DNA of 63,028 bases, filler included, from Stramenopiles sp. TOSAG23-2 (GCA_900128395.1; 10 parts of 10 records of this genome joined end to end with filler, not necessarily neighbours in it); one strand, 5' to 3'. Shown: positions 35,145 to 48,002, numbered from the whole stretch's first letter. Notes: generated from the sequence alone by a model not told the origin. Made by a program: numbers and translations.

Positions 35145-38100
35145 TCAAACCTCTGCATTGTAAACAACTAAACCAACTGTTTCCGTACCAACTTTTGCTA
35201 AATTACAAACCGTACAGATTGTACCCATGAATTTAGGATCATAACTAGCACCACAATATGGACATGAAATTGGTAATGGTTCACGTCCACGTGGTAATGG
35301 TATGAAGCTTCCTGCACAAATTAAAAAATTATCTTGTGGATTGTAACTGATTTTCATTGCATTTCGTCCTTCCTTTTGTGACATTTGCACTACTTTTTTA
35401 GCATTTGATATCATTTTTGCATTATTTGGATTTAAATCTAAAAGTCTACGTGCAAAACTTTCCGCAGTGACATAATTTTTAGCTTTATATGCTTGTGTCA
35501 TTGCTAATTTCAATGCTAACAATGTATGTTTCGATTGCAAATCACAATGTGTTAAATACGATGCTAATTCCAAACCACGTTTTGGATCTTTCGTTTCTTT
35601 ACGTTTTTGTGTAATCGTAGTAGCAAGGATGTATTCACGACATATTGCTAATAATTCTTTCACTTCTCGCTCTTCCGCTCTAGAACTAACTACGACTAAT
35701 GGTGCTTTATGCAAAACGGATAGGAAAATATTTTTTGCATCGGAAAATTTACCAGCAACAAATGCTTTATATCCTGATTTAATATCACGTGTTAAATTCT
35801 CTAAACGTATTGCTACACGTGGCAATGAATTATTGGATCCTGTATCACCAGAACGTAAGAAGAAATTTGATGGTGGTGGTCCACCAATGGACATTGGCAT
35901 TGATGCGGAATTGCCTTGATATACACTTAAAAATGCATTACGTAATGGTTTGAAATTTACTATACCAATTTGCCTATTCAATAATTTCATGGCGGTAGTA
36001 AATGAACCAGCAGCTGCATGGTCACCAGCTAAACTGGAATTATCAACCCAACTAACAGATGCTTTTTTACCTGGATTTGGAGCAACATATATTCCATTTG
36101 CATCCATTCCATCATCATTACCACCGTCACCATCGTCAATATCGCTACCAAATGCATCATCATCATCATCTCCAAATAAATCATCATCATCATCATCACC
36201 ACTTCCTGCACCCCAATTATCTGCTTCCATATCCAAATCACTATCATCATCCAATCCATTTGACATGTTACTTTTATTTTGTGAATCTTCCTCATCCCAT
36301 ACTTGCTCTGCATCTGGTGTATCTTCCTCATCATCTTTTCCTTTCACTGCAGCGGCAAATACGTCATCTCGCACTGCAATTTCCGGCCAATTTGTACATG
36401 CTCTTGAAATTGGCGTTGGTGGCATTAACAATTGTACGTTTGAAGCATCTGGTACAGGTGCTTCTGCACTTTCCAAACGTTGTTTTAAACGTGTTGCATC
36501 TTCCGTGAAACCATGTGATTCTGCTAATAAATATGCTAACGATAATTGGCCAACTTCCTCTAATATACGTACACGTTCTTCCACATCGCCTAAATACAAT
36601 GCATTGTGAAAACGTGACATAACATCATTCCGCATTTGAGAAATTTTCAACATTTTTTGTAAATATGGTATATTTCCTGTTATTAAATATAAAAACGATA
36701 GACGTTCAAAATTTTTCGCACGTTGATAGGATAATTCCACCACTTCATGTTTACCTTGTTGCAATGCAGCAACACCTAATTTTTCCCAACATTCTAAATC
36801 ATCCACCGCTTTTGCACTTTCCGTTGCAACTTTGATATCCCCACATTCCAATGCTAATTCAAAACGTGTTTTTTCATCTTTCACGAAATACAATGCAACT
36901 TGTGGAAATCCTTTTTTCGTTAAATATGCTAAAATGGCTTGTCCACACATATGTGATTTACGAACGATGCGCATGACATCTCTGTATCGCTCTTTAATCA
37001 ATGCTAATTTAAACAATGCTTCCGTCATATCTAATTTCAAGGCTCTTGGTTTCCATTCCCTATCCAAGCAAAATAACACGCCACGGAAAACTTTTGTTGC
37101 ATAAATGCATCGATTCATCGTACGTATCAATCCATTATCACCATTGCTTAATGTATATTTAATATGCGTAGTAGTACTATAAATGAAAATATTATTTTCA
37201 TCCCATTCACCACTTTTCACTTTCACCGCTTCAGTTACTTGGCATAATAAACGCAATTGCTTATCGCAGATGGTAATGTTATTTTTACTTAAAAATGCTA
37301 CCATGGTATAATCGTTGTTCCATATGCAATATTTCACTTTCGGTGCTTGTACTTGTGCCAATATTTTACGTGAATTGTTTTCAAATAAAAGCAATTTATC
37401 TTCTTTACGTAAAATAATACGACCACTTGTACCGGCAAAGAACATTCCATCAATGCCTTGCTCCGGTGTTGAAAACCGTTTGGTTAAATCATTGTGTAAA
37501 TTTTTAATTAATATATTATTGGATTTATCCAATACAGCAATACGATTTCTTGCAACAAAGACGGCAGCCATTCCACTACCTTTACGTGGTTCAATTTCAC
37601 CACTACCAGCACCATTTTTTGGAAATGTTACTAGTTCATATGTACCGCCTTCCATCGTACTCCATACAATCACATTGTTTTCCGCTTGATTTAATGCATT
37701 GATTTGCAAACTATATGGTTTCGATCCTAAGATACTTGCACTGGTGGAACGTCGTAAATTAACAACTGGTACATCGCGTTTTGATGGGAAATCATAGATA
37801 CGTAAATACCGATCTTTCACGTACATCAATTGCCTATCCCTTGATGCATATGCAGGTCGTTCACGTTGCAATTTGAAGACCATCATCCCACTATCATGCC
37901 CAGCAGCTAATAAATTTTTCGTTGGATGTGCAGATAATATCCAAAAACGATCATGTTCCTTACGATATGTAAATACAGCTAAACGTTTGCTAATATCCCA
38001 TACACGTATACTACGATCTTCACTATTACTAATGATTAATTCTTCTTTTGGGTGAAACAAAGCGGATGAGACGTTATTCGTATGCCCCCGCATTGTATCT

Positions 38101-38994
38101 ACCTCCCATGCTTTTGTTTCATTCATTCTCCATAATTTTACTTGACGATCATCTGCACCACTAATGACCAATGGCAAAGTAGGATGAAAAGATGCCCAAT
38201 TTACACCACGATCATGACCTTCTAAAATATATTTCACTACTGCATCACCAGCACCAAATAATTCAGCATTGACACGTGAGCTAACTTTGGAACCAATACC
38301 ATTGGATGTAGGTGGGCCATTCATTGGTGGGCCATCCATATCCGGTATCCCATGCACCGTTTTCTTACGTAAACCTGCTGTATCCCATACACGTACACTT
38401 TGATCCAACGATGCACTTACTACTAAATCATCAGTTGGATGAAACGATGCACACATGACATAATGATTATGTCCAGTCAATACAGCAATGCAACTGCGTG
38501 ATTGCCAATTCCATATGCGTATGGTTTGATCATCACTTGCACTTACGATCCATGGATGTTCATTATGAAATGAAACGGTACGTATGTAATCTAAATGTCC
38601 TAATAAAGTAAATAAACAACGTCGTACTTTATGGTTCCATATTTTAATTTTGTAATCATCCCCACCAGTAACAAATAATGGTTGTACTTTATGAAAATCA
38701 ACGCCACGTACTGGACCATCGTGTTCATCAAAGGTATCTAATAATACTTTCATATCGTAATCCCTGCGTGTTTTGTATATAGAGTGTGTTAGATATAAAT
38801 TGTTTTATTAATAATAATAATAATATAATACATGTTGGTGGTTTTTATCCCCCCCCCCATTTTATTTAAATAATATAAATTACTTACCATAATTGTACAG
38901 CACCATTATGCAACGCAGCTAATATCCATGGTCTAATTGGATGAAAGGATAGGCCTTTGACACGATTTGATTTGGATTCAAATTTCGATATCAT
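35145..38994 (-). CDS. COPA: Coatomer subunit alpha, exons 38994-38888 and 38763-35145
   Basis: Exon 1 encodes [25 protein letters not shown]. Intron 38887-38764 (TG|GTAAGT...gcAG). WD40 repeats ([24 protein letters not shown]) and a C-terminal CPYC...CTVC. Confidence 0.97.
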
Positions 38995-40033
38995 CTTTGT
39001 TGTTATCGTATTGTTGTTATTAGTTCATACAACAATCACTTTGCAACACACACACACACACTTGTTTCCTTCATCTATTTCTATCTATATATATATTTTT
39101 ATAAAATATAAAATAAATCTCGATGGAGATATAAGGGATCGAGTAGTATAAACTATTAATATTATGGTTATATAAAATGTTTATTACTTGATTCATATAA
39201 ATAGAAATAAGGAATTGATTTACAGGTGAATCTATAATATATTACATTAATTCATTTTATAATAAGTTATAAAGAATGTCTTTGAGGTGAAACTTTTTTT
39301 AATACTACTAAATCCATTTGATCATATATAGAAATATATCTTGTTCGTGTATTTAATATATAAATAGTATGTATTATACATGATTAAAATATTAATAATG
39401 GTATGGTATGTAATTATAAATATCCGATAAATCAATCCATCAATCCGATACTCCATCAAAATCGGTGGTTTTGGGAGGTGTGTGGGGAGAATACATGGCA
39501 ATAGCAGTGATGTACATGGAAATAGCACTGTGATGAACCATAAAACCATAAATTTTGGATCACAAAATTCATGATAAAATGTCAAATATCAAAAATATCA
39601 CTTTTGTGGTTTGGATTTTGGTATTATCTATACAAAATTTCCGCATAAAAACTATAAAACAACAACAATGTTTCAATATTATAATTAATATAGTGTTATA
39701 ATATTAATAGTGTTAAAAAAATGCACTTGTTTTTTTACTCTTTTTTCCCATATTTTTTAATCAATAATAGTGTTAAAACATTGTTGCACTTTTTTTTGAT
39801 CTTTTCTATCTATATCTATAAATCAATAAAAGATATGATAAACACAAGAACACACAAGAACTTTTATACATATACATACTCTGTAATACATATAGTATAA
39901 TAGAAAGTTATAATAGAAACTATTAAATAGCAAAAAAAACTAATAGCAATTTCTCGATTTACAGTGACGTTTCATAAATAAGATTACTTCGTCAAAATTA
40001 TTAAGCATCTTCTTATTGTTAGATACGAACATT

Positions 40034-41072
40034 ATGGACGAACGAGTTCAAGAACTTGAAGCACAGAGAAAAGAATTGGAAAGACAACGAAAACAAAACA
40101 GAGATGAGTTACGTCTTGCGAAAAGTAAGCAAAAAAAACCAATGTCATATTATATTAAAAATACACTTATCATCTTGGGTATACTAGGATATTTGTATAT
40201 CATGTATGGCCCGTACGATTTGAAGCAAAAACTAGCATTGTGGGTAAAACCAAAACATGTTGATCCAAAAAAATTTCAAAATGTTGTAGAAGCTGGTGGT
40301 TTGTTGCTCTTAGGATATATTTTACGTGTCCTTGATCAGCAAATAATTCAATTTTTAAAAGATACAATTTGTTTATGTTTTTGTCATCAAAAATTTAATA
40401 CATCGGATTTGAAAGATCAATTACTTGGTAGTGGTATTGCTACTATGGTAGTAGTAGTAACAGTTTCGAACNCAATTACTTGGTAGTGGTATGGCAACTA
40501 GTGATAGTACTAGTAACAGTTTCGAAACTGATTCAAATGCTGTTACAAGTGATATTTTAACTGCATCGATTATCTATGAAAAAAGAACAACATGGGAACA
40601 AGCACGTTGTAAATTAATGCATACTGAATGTCAAGCATATGCAATTTCCATCTTTCGTTTAATTTGTATTCATTGGTTTCAACCAATATTTTATTGGATT
40701 ATTTTTATCGCATATCAAGATAATTTAGATAAGAATCAATTGGTATATGGATATATAGTTGGTATACGTGAAATTATATATATTATGTTAACGTTAGTAT
40801 GTTTAAACGTAAATCGAGCATATCTATTAGTTGATGTTGTTGGAACATGGAATGAAAGTAAATTAGATTTTATTACATATGTATTTGCACCTGAAAAATT
40901 TATTTATTTATGTCTTGATATGAAAAAAATAGATGTTGGTGGTATTGATTTATTTTTGTTTATTTTAATTGTATTTGATTTGTTTGGTATTTGTGCACTT
41001 GTAGCTGCAATTGAAAATGGTATAACACCACCACTGTTGATGATCGGATATACAGTGACGACGATTGGTGGT
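40034..41072 (+). CDS. Multi-pass membrane protein of unknown function, broken at a single N (40472) and 3' truncated
   Basis: Two consecutive hydrophobic ORFs separated by an N flanked by a duplicated segment of about 54 bp. Confidence 0.55.
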
Positions 41073-41172
41073 NNNNNNNNNNNNNNNNNNNNNNNNNNNN
41101 NNNNNNNNNNNNNNNNTTAATTAATTAANNNNNNNNNNNNNNNNNNNNNNNNNNNNNNNNNNNNNNNNNNNN
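41073..41172. other. Artificial contig linker
   Basis: N44-TTAATTAATTAA-N44. Confidence 0.99.
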
Positions 41173-41350
41173 ACGGTGCAATAATCGCCAATTAGTAGGT
41201 GTGTTTTTTAGTATACTAATTTTTAACTGTGTTGTTTGTACTTAGGTATCCGTCTCAGAAATTTTTTTTTTGTTGTTTTTTTTGATGTTTTATTGATAAA
41301 GTACACGAAAAATTCAATTATAAATAGTGTTATTTTAATTGACGAAAATT

Positions 41351-41376
41351 CCGTGCCGAAATGCATTTCGGCACGG
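41351..41376. repeat. Perfect 26-bp palindrome CCGTGCCGAAATGCATTTCGGCACGG
   Basis: Self-reverse-complementary, read directly from the sequence. Confidence 0.95.
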
Positions 41377-41494
41377 CAAAAAAAAGCGTGTGCCACCTAT
41401 ATCTTTTGTGCTAGACACTACCAAATATATTAGCATGGAATTACAGGGGCGTGTGCCATGTAAAAATTATATCCCCACTATGAGTTATAAAAAT

Positions 41495-42697
41495 TTATTT
41501 TTTATATTCACTTTTGAAAATCGTATCTCTAAGATTTGTTCTTCTCACTGTATCCGCTGCAAGACCAAATTTTGCATTTAATGGTTTTACATATTGACTA
41601 TCTTGACCAATTAAACTAATACCACATACTCCAAAATATGCATGTAATATATCTGGGGGTGCACCAGGAACTTTACCAAAACCACCAAAACGTTTATGTT
41701 GTGTATGTTTTAACAAATAATTTCTTAATTTATTTTTATTCAACATATTCAACCATTCTTCGCCTAACATTTGCAATGTCCCACCAATCCAAAAGGAATA
41801 ACATGTATCTGGTAATTTATTACACCGCCCTTGCATACCTGCAGGTTCTACTTCAATATTTTTAACTTTTCCTTCTTCCGCCATTGAATTATTTTCATAA
41901 TAATAAACTTGACGTCGTAAACACCAGCGTGCTAATTTACTTTTTTGTTTCTTTGTCAATATATCTAATTTACCAAGTAACACTAAGGATGCAATTGCTG
42001 TGTAACATGCACCACCATGTGATTCTTGTCCTGGTAATAATCCAAATCCACCATCATAATTATAACATGACATTATAAATTGTAATGCTTTATCTACGTC
42101 AAAAACAGTATTATCAAATCCTAACATGACTGATATGACACATGCACAATATACAAAACGCATATCACTTTCGCTACCAGCAAATGTTGCAACAAATTTA
42201 CCTTGTTTATCTTGTAGAGCAGATAAAGATACTTTAATAGCATCTCGTTTTACCCGAGATAAATCATCACCTAATATCAATAAAGTAGCAATGGATGTAT
42301 ATGTCATTGCTATGTGACCATGCAAATTTTTATTTGCCGCCCTACTACTCCTAGTATCATTTGCTTGAAAATAATCACCACCTAAAAACGTCCCACCAAT
42401 AAAACCAGAATGTTGCCAAAATTCAATATTATTATTATCCTTGTTATTATCACTATTATTATGAGGTGCAATTTGTAAATTATATATCCAATCTATAATA
42501 TGTTGTTTACTTGGAATCTTATCTATAGCACCTAAAAGATCTAATGCGGAGACACAAAAATAACATAATGTCAAACGGTTTGTTTCTGCACCGGTGTAAG
42601 CCTCAGGTAGTAGTTGCAAATTATACATAAAATATTTTATCGAACGTGGTATATCAAATGATATTTGATTATTAGTATTATCTGTTGTAGTAGCCAT
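41495..42697 (-). CDS. PGGT1B: Geranylgeranyl transferase type-I beta subunit
   Basis: NRLTLCYFCVSALDLL, GHIAMTY, LGDDLSRV, ESDMRFVYCA, PGQESHGG, QGRCNKLPDTCYSFW and PDILHAY. ATG at 42697. Confidence 0.92.
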   Translation of the reverse strand: MATTTDNTNNQISFDIPRSIKYFMYNLQLLPEAYTGAETNRLTLCYFCVSALDLLGAIDKIPSKQHIIDWIYNLQIAPHNNSDNNKDNNNIEFWQHSGFIGGTFLGGDYFQANDTRSSRAANKNLHGHIAMTYTSIATLLILGDDLSRVKRDAIKVSLSALQDKQGKFVATFAGSESDMRFVYCACVISVMLGFDNTVFDVDKALQFIMSCYNYDGGFGLLPGQESHGGACYTAIASLVLLGKLDILTKKQKSKLARWCLRRQVYYYENNSMAEEGKVKNIEVEPAGMQGRCNKLPDTCYSFWIGGTLQMLGEEWLNMLNKNKLRNYLLKHTQHKRFGGFGKVPGAPPDILHAYFGVCGISLIGQDSQYVKPLNAKFGLAADTVRRTNLRDTIFKSEYKK

Positions 42698-42731
42698 GTT
42701 TATAATGTATCTTCTCTTTGTCAAAATTAAT

Positions 42732-42775
<44 letters not shown>

Positions 42776-42953
42776 CAATGTATTTTATGAATATGTAAAA
42801 TTTAATATTATCAATATAATACAAATATGATTTAATGTTTATACAAAAGACAGTGTTTGTTTTGTACAAACGGTTCGTATAATCTATATTCAGTACGAAG
42901 TGGCTCGGTATGATGATTTGAAAAATAATTTGTTTATCATAATATCCCTTGCA

Positions 42954-43263
42954 TTTGTAAAAATGAGAAGAAGGATTTAGATTATGTGCTTATTATATTA
43001 TTTAGTGGATTTCAAAATGGTAGTTAATTTAAGTACCAATTTAGTATACTAATTTATATATATTTGATTTGGAGGTATTGTGGATATTACAAACAATCGG
43101 ATATTCTTAGTATATTCATCAAAATAACTATTGGATATTTTTGGATTTTTTGTAATATCGTAATACCTCTCTATCAAACATACATAAATTAGTATACTAT
43201 ATTAGTACTTAAATTAAACCCGGTTTTGAAATCCACTAATAATCCTTCTCATATTTTTACAAA
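42954..43263. mobile_element. Imperfect long inverted repeat (foldback/MITE-like), arms about 120-145 bp
   Basis: The left arm tttgtaaaaatgagaag...ttagtggatttcaaaa...ttaatttaagtac..ttagtatactaatttat...gaggtatt..gatattacaaa matches the reverse complement of about 43144-43263. Confidence 0.7.
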
Positions 43264-43498
43264 AGGATACACGGTACGGTATAGGTATACGGTAATATAA
43301 ATGCACAAATCAAATCGCACAATCATCACATCAAAAAGAAGTTATATATATAAACAATATCCACATAATTCCAATTCATCTAGTCTATGGCTTACACTTC
43401 TTTTATTTTACTTTAAAATCAATTGTATTAAAAATTTTTTTATATTAAAAGTATCGTATGTGTAAAACAAAAACCATTTTAATAATATATTTGTAACA

Positions 43499-44278
43499 AT
43501 GTCATCAACCTGGGCAAGAAATGTAATACACCGCATTAACCCTAAAATTTCTGATATCTTTCGTTCCTACCAACCACGTGAAGTAGTGAAAATGAAAACA
43601 CCAAAGGAAACGCATGTAGTTAGGATTGCATTGACTGGTGGTCCATGCGCTGGTAAATCATCTGCTGTTGAAAATATTGTAAAAAAAGCGAGGAAAGATG
43701 GTTTCGATATCGTTGTTGCACCAGAGATGCCTACGTTAATTTTTAATGCTGGAATACAAATGCCACAAGAATATGATAAACAATTTACATTTGCTTTTCA
43801 ATCTTCAAATGTTGCGTTGCAACTTCAGTTGGAAAGGTCATTAACAAATATTTGCGCCAGTACAAGGAGGCCAACGATATTGGTATACGATAGAGGAATC
43901 ATGGATTCAAAGGCATATATCGATGAAGATGGATGGGAAAAAGTAGTACAATATATAGATCATAGAAGTAGCAATCGAATATTTAATGAAGAATATATAT
44001 TAAAAAGATACGATGGTATAATACATCTTGAAACAGCAGCAAAAGGTGCAGAAGAATTTTATAAAAATGGTTGGACTACTGATGATATGGGAAGAAAAGT
44101 CTTTCGTAAAGAAACACCAGAAGAAGCATGTAAGATGGATGATATTATGATTGAATGTTGGAAAAATCATTGGAAACATTTTATTGTAGACAATTTATCA
44201 CATAATTCATTTGATGAAAAATTAAATGCTGTGTCAAAATGTGTAATGAAAATTGCCGAGGAAAAACATCCAAGATAG
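43499..44278 (+). CDS. P-loop NTPase, AAA_28 / TTD14 (TRPL translocation defect 14)-like
   Basis: RIALTGGPCAGKSS (Walker A), DRGIMDSKAY and RYDGIIHLETAAKGAEEFY. Confidence 0.85.
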   Translation: MSSTWARNVIHRINPKISDIFRSYQPREVVKMKTPKETHVVRIALTGGPCAGKSSAVENIVKKARKDGFDIVVAPEMPTLIFNAGIQMPQEYDKQFTFAFQSSNVALQLQLERSLTNICASTRRPTILVYDRGIMDSKAYIDEDGWEKVVQYIDHRSSNRIFNEEYILKRYDGIIHLETAAKGAEEFYKNGWTTDDMGRKVFRKETPEEACKMDDIMIECWKNHWKHFIVDNLSHNSFDEKLNAVSKCVMKIAEEKHPR

Positions 44279-44582
44279 TTTTATATATTATATATACGAA
44301 CACTGTTATACAGCGAGGTATAGTGTGTAAAAAAAAATATGATATAATATGATGTTAATGTATACTGTATTACTGTTATCAAGATAAAATATGATATATA
44401 TGCATATTTTAAAATATACGCTTCGTATAAAATATTTAGTCCCTCTTTAATTTAGAAAAGGGAGAGTTAATATAATATCTCATTACAACATCTCATTAAC
44501 TGACACACTCTGAAACACAACTCGCATCAAAAATTACACTTGTTCTCGCCTTGCATATGTGTGTAATGAATATTTTATTTTT

Positions 44583-45431
44583 TTATTCATTGGTAAATGT
44601 AGCAGCACGTTTATTAACAAATGCATCCATTCCTTCTTTTTGATCTTTTGTTGCAAATGTACTGTGAAATAAACGCCTTTCATAATTCAAACCTTGATCC
44701 AATGGCATTTCATATGTAGCATTGATAGCTTCTTTACACATTTTTGCAGCAGTTGAACTAAATGCAGCGATTTTAGATGCTTGTTCCATGGTTTTATCCA
44801 TCAATTCATCCCCAGCAAAGACACGTGCTGCTAATCCACTTGATAATGCTTCATCTGCACCAAACATATCTCCAGTTAAACATAAATCCATTGCACGTGC
44901 TTTACCCATTGCTTGTGTCAAACGTTGCGTACCACCACAACCTGGAATAACACCTAATGTAATCTCTGGTTGGCCAAATTTTGCTTTATCACTTGCATAT
45001 ATTATATCACATTGCATTGCTAATTCACAACCACCACCTAATGCAAAACCATTTACAGCGGCAATGGTTGGTGTAGCAATACGTGTTAAATCAGTCCAAA
45101 ACTGAAACATATTTCTATGATATGCGTCAACAAAAGATTTATCAGCCATTTCTTTAATATCAGCACCTGCAGCAAATGCTTTACCACTTCCAGTAATAAC
45201 AATACAACCGATATTTGGATCTTGGTCAAATCCTTTTGCTGCATTATTTACTTCATGTATCAAACCATCACATAATGCATTTAACGCTTTAGGTCGATTT
45301 AATGTTATAACACCTACACGGTCTTTTGTTTCCACAATTGTAAATTCTCCTTGTGTTGCTGCAGATGAGAATAAACGTGTATTATTTGGCTTTTTAATAC
45401 ATTTTTTAATTACATTTCTTAATAATGCCAT
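44583..45431 (-). CDS. ECHS1: Mitochondrial enoyl-CoA hydratase (crotonase)
   Basis: Basic presequence, LNRPKALNAL, AFAAGADIKEM, ALGGGCELAMQCD and FGQPEITLGVIPGCGGTQRL. Confidence 0.96.
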   Translation of the reverse strand: MALLRNVIKKCIKKPNNTRLFSSAATQGEFTIVETKDRVGVITLNRPKALNALCDGLIHEVNNAAKGFDQDPNIGCIVITGSGKAFAAGADIKEMADKSFVDAYHRNMFQFWTDLTRIATPTIAAVNGFALGGGCELAMQCDIIYASDKAKFGQPEITLGVIPGCGGTQRLTQAMGKARAMDLCLTGDMFGADEALSSGLAARVFAGDELMDKTMEQASKIAAFSSTAAKMCKEAINATYEMPLDQGLNYERRLFHSTFATKDQKEGMDAFVNKRAATFTNE

Positions 45432-45872
45432 CTTTTTTGTTTTCTTATAGTATGGTTTTTTTCTTTATTATATAGTGTTGAGATTTAAATGTATAATAAA
45501 TTTTATCATTTATAATATATAGTGTTTATGTACGTGTGATTATCAATTCCTACTATTATTATTAAATATAATACTAGTAAATTATATGTTAATGTATGTA
45601 TCATATATTAATATAACTATGTTCATGTTCTATTAATTAATTAATTAATAATTAAATGGATCCATAAATGATAATTATCCCGATATTTAAGTGTTTTATA
45701 CCAAGTATATATCGTTTAAAAAAAACAGCTACACAAGAATACTCGTATTATAAAATGTTGTACGACGTACACCTGAGATGCTTTTTAAAATTTTTTTAAA
45801 AAAATATATATATTATATATAAAAAAATATAAAACACTGATGGTTAACCTCTCCCATCCCCCCATTTTCTTT

Positions 45873-47228
45873 TTACTCCCACTTTGCAATGACATCTTTC
45901 TTTTTATTTAACAATGTTTGTCCGCCTATCCAATATTGTTCTTTTGGTAAACCTGTTGTATCATCTGCTAAATGTATATTATTATCTGCTGACATTGCAC
46001 CATCACCAACCCGTGTATGAATAAATTGTTTCACACTATCTGTTGTATTTAAATATTTTGTACCTAAAATCGTTTTGCACCATTTCAAAAAAATATTTTC
46101 ATCTGCATCATAATCTATTTTCTTTCCTCCTCCTAAATTTGCGATTTGTAATATTGTATCATCAAGTGAACTAACAATTCTACCATTAGTAGAAGATGGA
46201 AAACTACTTAAAAGTCCTTTTAATAATGTTGGTACATTATTTTTCTCAACAAAAATAACAGCATTTGGACCAGCATCAAATGTATATGCAGCGACAATTT
46301 TACCACACGATTCATTGTATTTATGCACTAATTGTATAATATCACGCGATACATCATTCATGTAAAATATAGGTGGAAAACTATCTAAACATGTTGCATG
46401 AAATTGGTTACTATCTTGCATTGTAATACGGCCAAATGTTTCAAAATCATTATTTAAGTATGCTTTTTCAATTTCATTTAAACGCTCATCAACAATGCAT
46501 TCTGCTCGATGTTTTAATAATTTGCTTGTTTTTACACTAGATGCCATCCCGCCTGTGCTACCGACATCTTTCTTTTTATCACTAACTACACAAATTATAG
46601 CTTCCATATTTTTCCAATCACTTTTCTTTGCAACTTGAATTGCAATACTATCTGTACCATCTGCTTTTGATCCCATATCCCATTTCACAAAACCACTATA
46701 TAAACTTCTACATGCACTACCAGAACCTTGACGTGCAATCGTAGTCAATTCACCGTTAAATGTTTCCTCGATTTGAAATAGATTTGAAAGTGCATGTACC
46801 ATACAAGCATAACCAGAAGCAGATGATGCCAATCCTGCTGCAGTTGGGAAGGTATTGTATGAAATTATATGTACACCATATGTTTTTAATTCATTAGCAG
46901 TTATTGTTGTTGTCTCATTAATAATAATATCTTTATTAGCTCTTTTACGTATTTCATTTAAAACTTTTTGCACACGTTTATTATTTTCCGGATTTTCTTC
47001 ATTTCCATTTAACCATAAACGATCTTTTTTAAATGTCTTGGATGCGGTAACAGTGGTAACAGTTCTTAAATCATCCATGTCAAGGGTTATGCTGACGGAA
47101 GAGTTAATAGGTAAATTTAATGAAGTATCACGTTTTCCCCAATATTTAATACATGCAATATTAGTAGGTGCATATGATGTTGCTTTTAAAATTTCATTAG
47201 TATTATTATTTTCCATCATCGTTGCCAT
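45873..47228 (-). CDS. MVD: Diphosphomevalonate decarboxylase
   Basis: APTNIACIKYWGKRD, FPTAAGLASSASG, ARQGSGSACRS, DSNQFHATCLD and AYTFDAGPNA. Confidence 0.97.
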   Translation of the reverse strand: MATMMENNNTNEILKATSYAPTNIACIKYWGKRDTSLNLPINSSVSITLDMDDLRTVTTVTASKTFKKDRLWLNGNEENPENNKRVQKVLNEIRKRANKDIIINETTTITANELKTYGVHIISYNTFPTAAGLASSASGYACMVHALSNLFQIEETFNGELTTIARQGSGSACRSLYSGFVKWDMGSKADGTDSIAIQVAKKSDWKNMEAIICVVSDKKKDVGSTGGMASSVKTSKLLKHRAECIVDERLNEIEKAYLNNDFETFGRITMQDSNQFHATCLDSFPPIFYMNDVSRDIIQLVHKYNESCGKIVAAYTFDAGPNAVIFVEKNNVPTLLKGLLSSFPSSTNGRIVSSLDDTILQIANLGGGKKIDYDADENIFLKWCKTILGTKYLNTTDSVKQFIHTRVGDGAMSADNNIHLADDTTGLPKEQYWIGGQTLLNKKKDVIAKWE

Positions 47229-47901
47229 TGTTTATATATATTTATTTGGATATGTATATATGTAAGCATATAATTTTGATATTTTTTTTTTTGTAATATA
47301 AATAATAATGTTGTTTCCTTTATTTATATACATATGGCCTTATTTAAAATGTATATAAATATCTAAAAGTTGAAGAATATCTATTCTAATTATAATATAT
47401 AATAATGGTTTAAAAATTTGTGGTATAATAAAGCCGAAGAGAATAATTATAATATCACCTTACTAGTAACCTTTACCTTACCTGGTAATTTACTAATTCC
47501 CTGCCTCGTTATCTATGGGTTTCAAACTTTAAATTAAGTATATAATTTCTTAAATATTTAAGTATAATAAAACTTACTATAATTAGTATATTTTTTACTA
47601 TCTAAATATAAAATTGTACTGAAGTCTGAATAGATAACAAAGGGTTAGGCCAAATTAATAAAAAGGTATGTAAATTCGTTTTTAGTGTGAAATAACACTA
47701 ATGACATTTGATCATTAGCTTAAGTATACTCTTTTTTATACCAAAAAAACGCACGGCGTTACATCCCGTATTGACGGCCATAATGAAAAGTGATAGGAAT
47801 TGAAATGTCACGCTTGGCTATATGGAAATACCATTAGCGTTTTGTCGCCACCAATTAGGCCGCAATAGCAGGTAAATTGTCGTCAAAATAGTGCTGTGAC
47901 G

Positions 47902-48001
47902 NNNNNNNNNNNNNNNNNNNNNNNNNNNNNNNNNNNNNNNNNNNNTTAATTAATTAANNNNNNNNNNNNNNNNNNNNNNNNNNNNNNNNNNNNNNNNNNN
48001 N
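47902..48001. other. Artificial contig linker
   Basis: N44-TTAATTAATTAA-N44. Confidence 0.99.
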
Positions 48002-48002
48002 T

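Noticed and set aside
35629-38055. Several + strand ORFs, including a poly-His one at 36059
   Set aside because: Antisense or alternate-frame shadows of COPA. The poly-His comes from the GAT-rich acidic linker.
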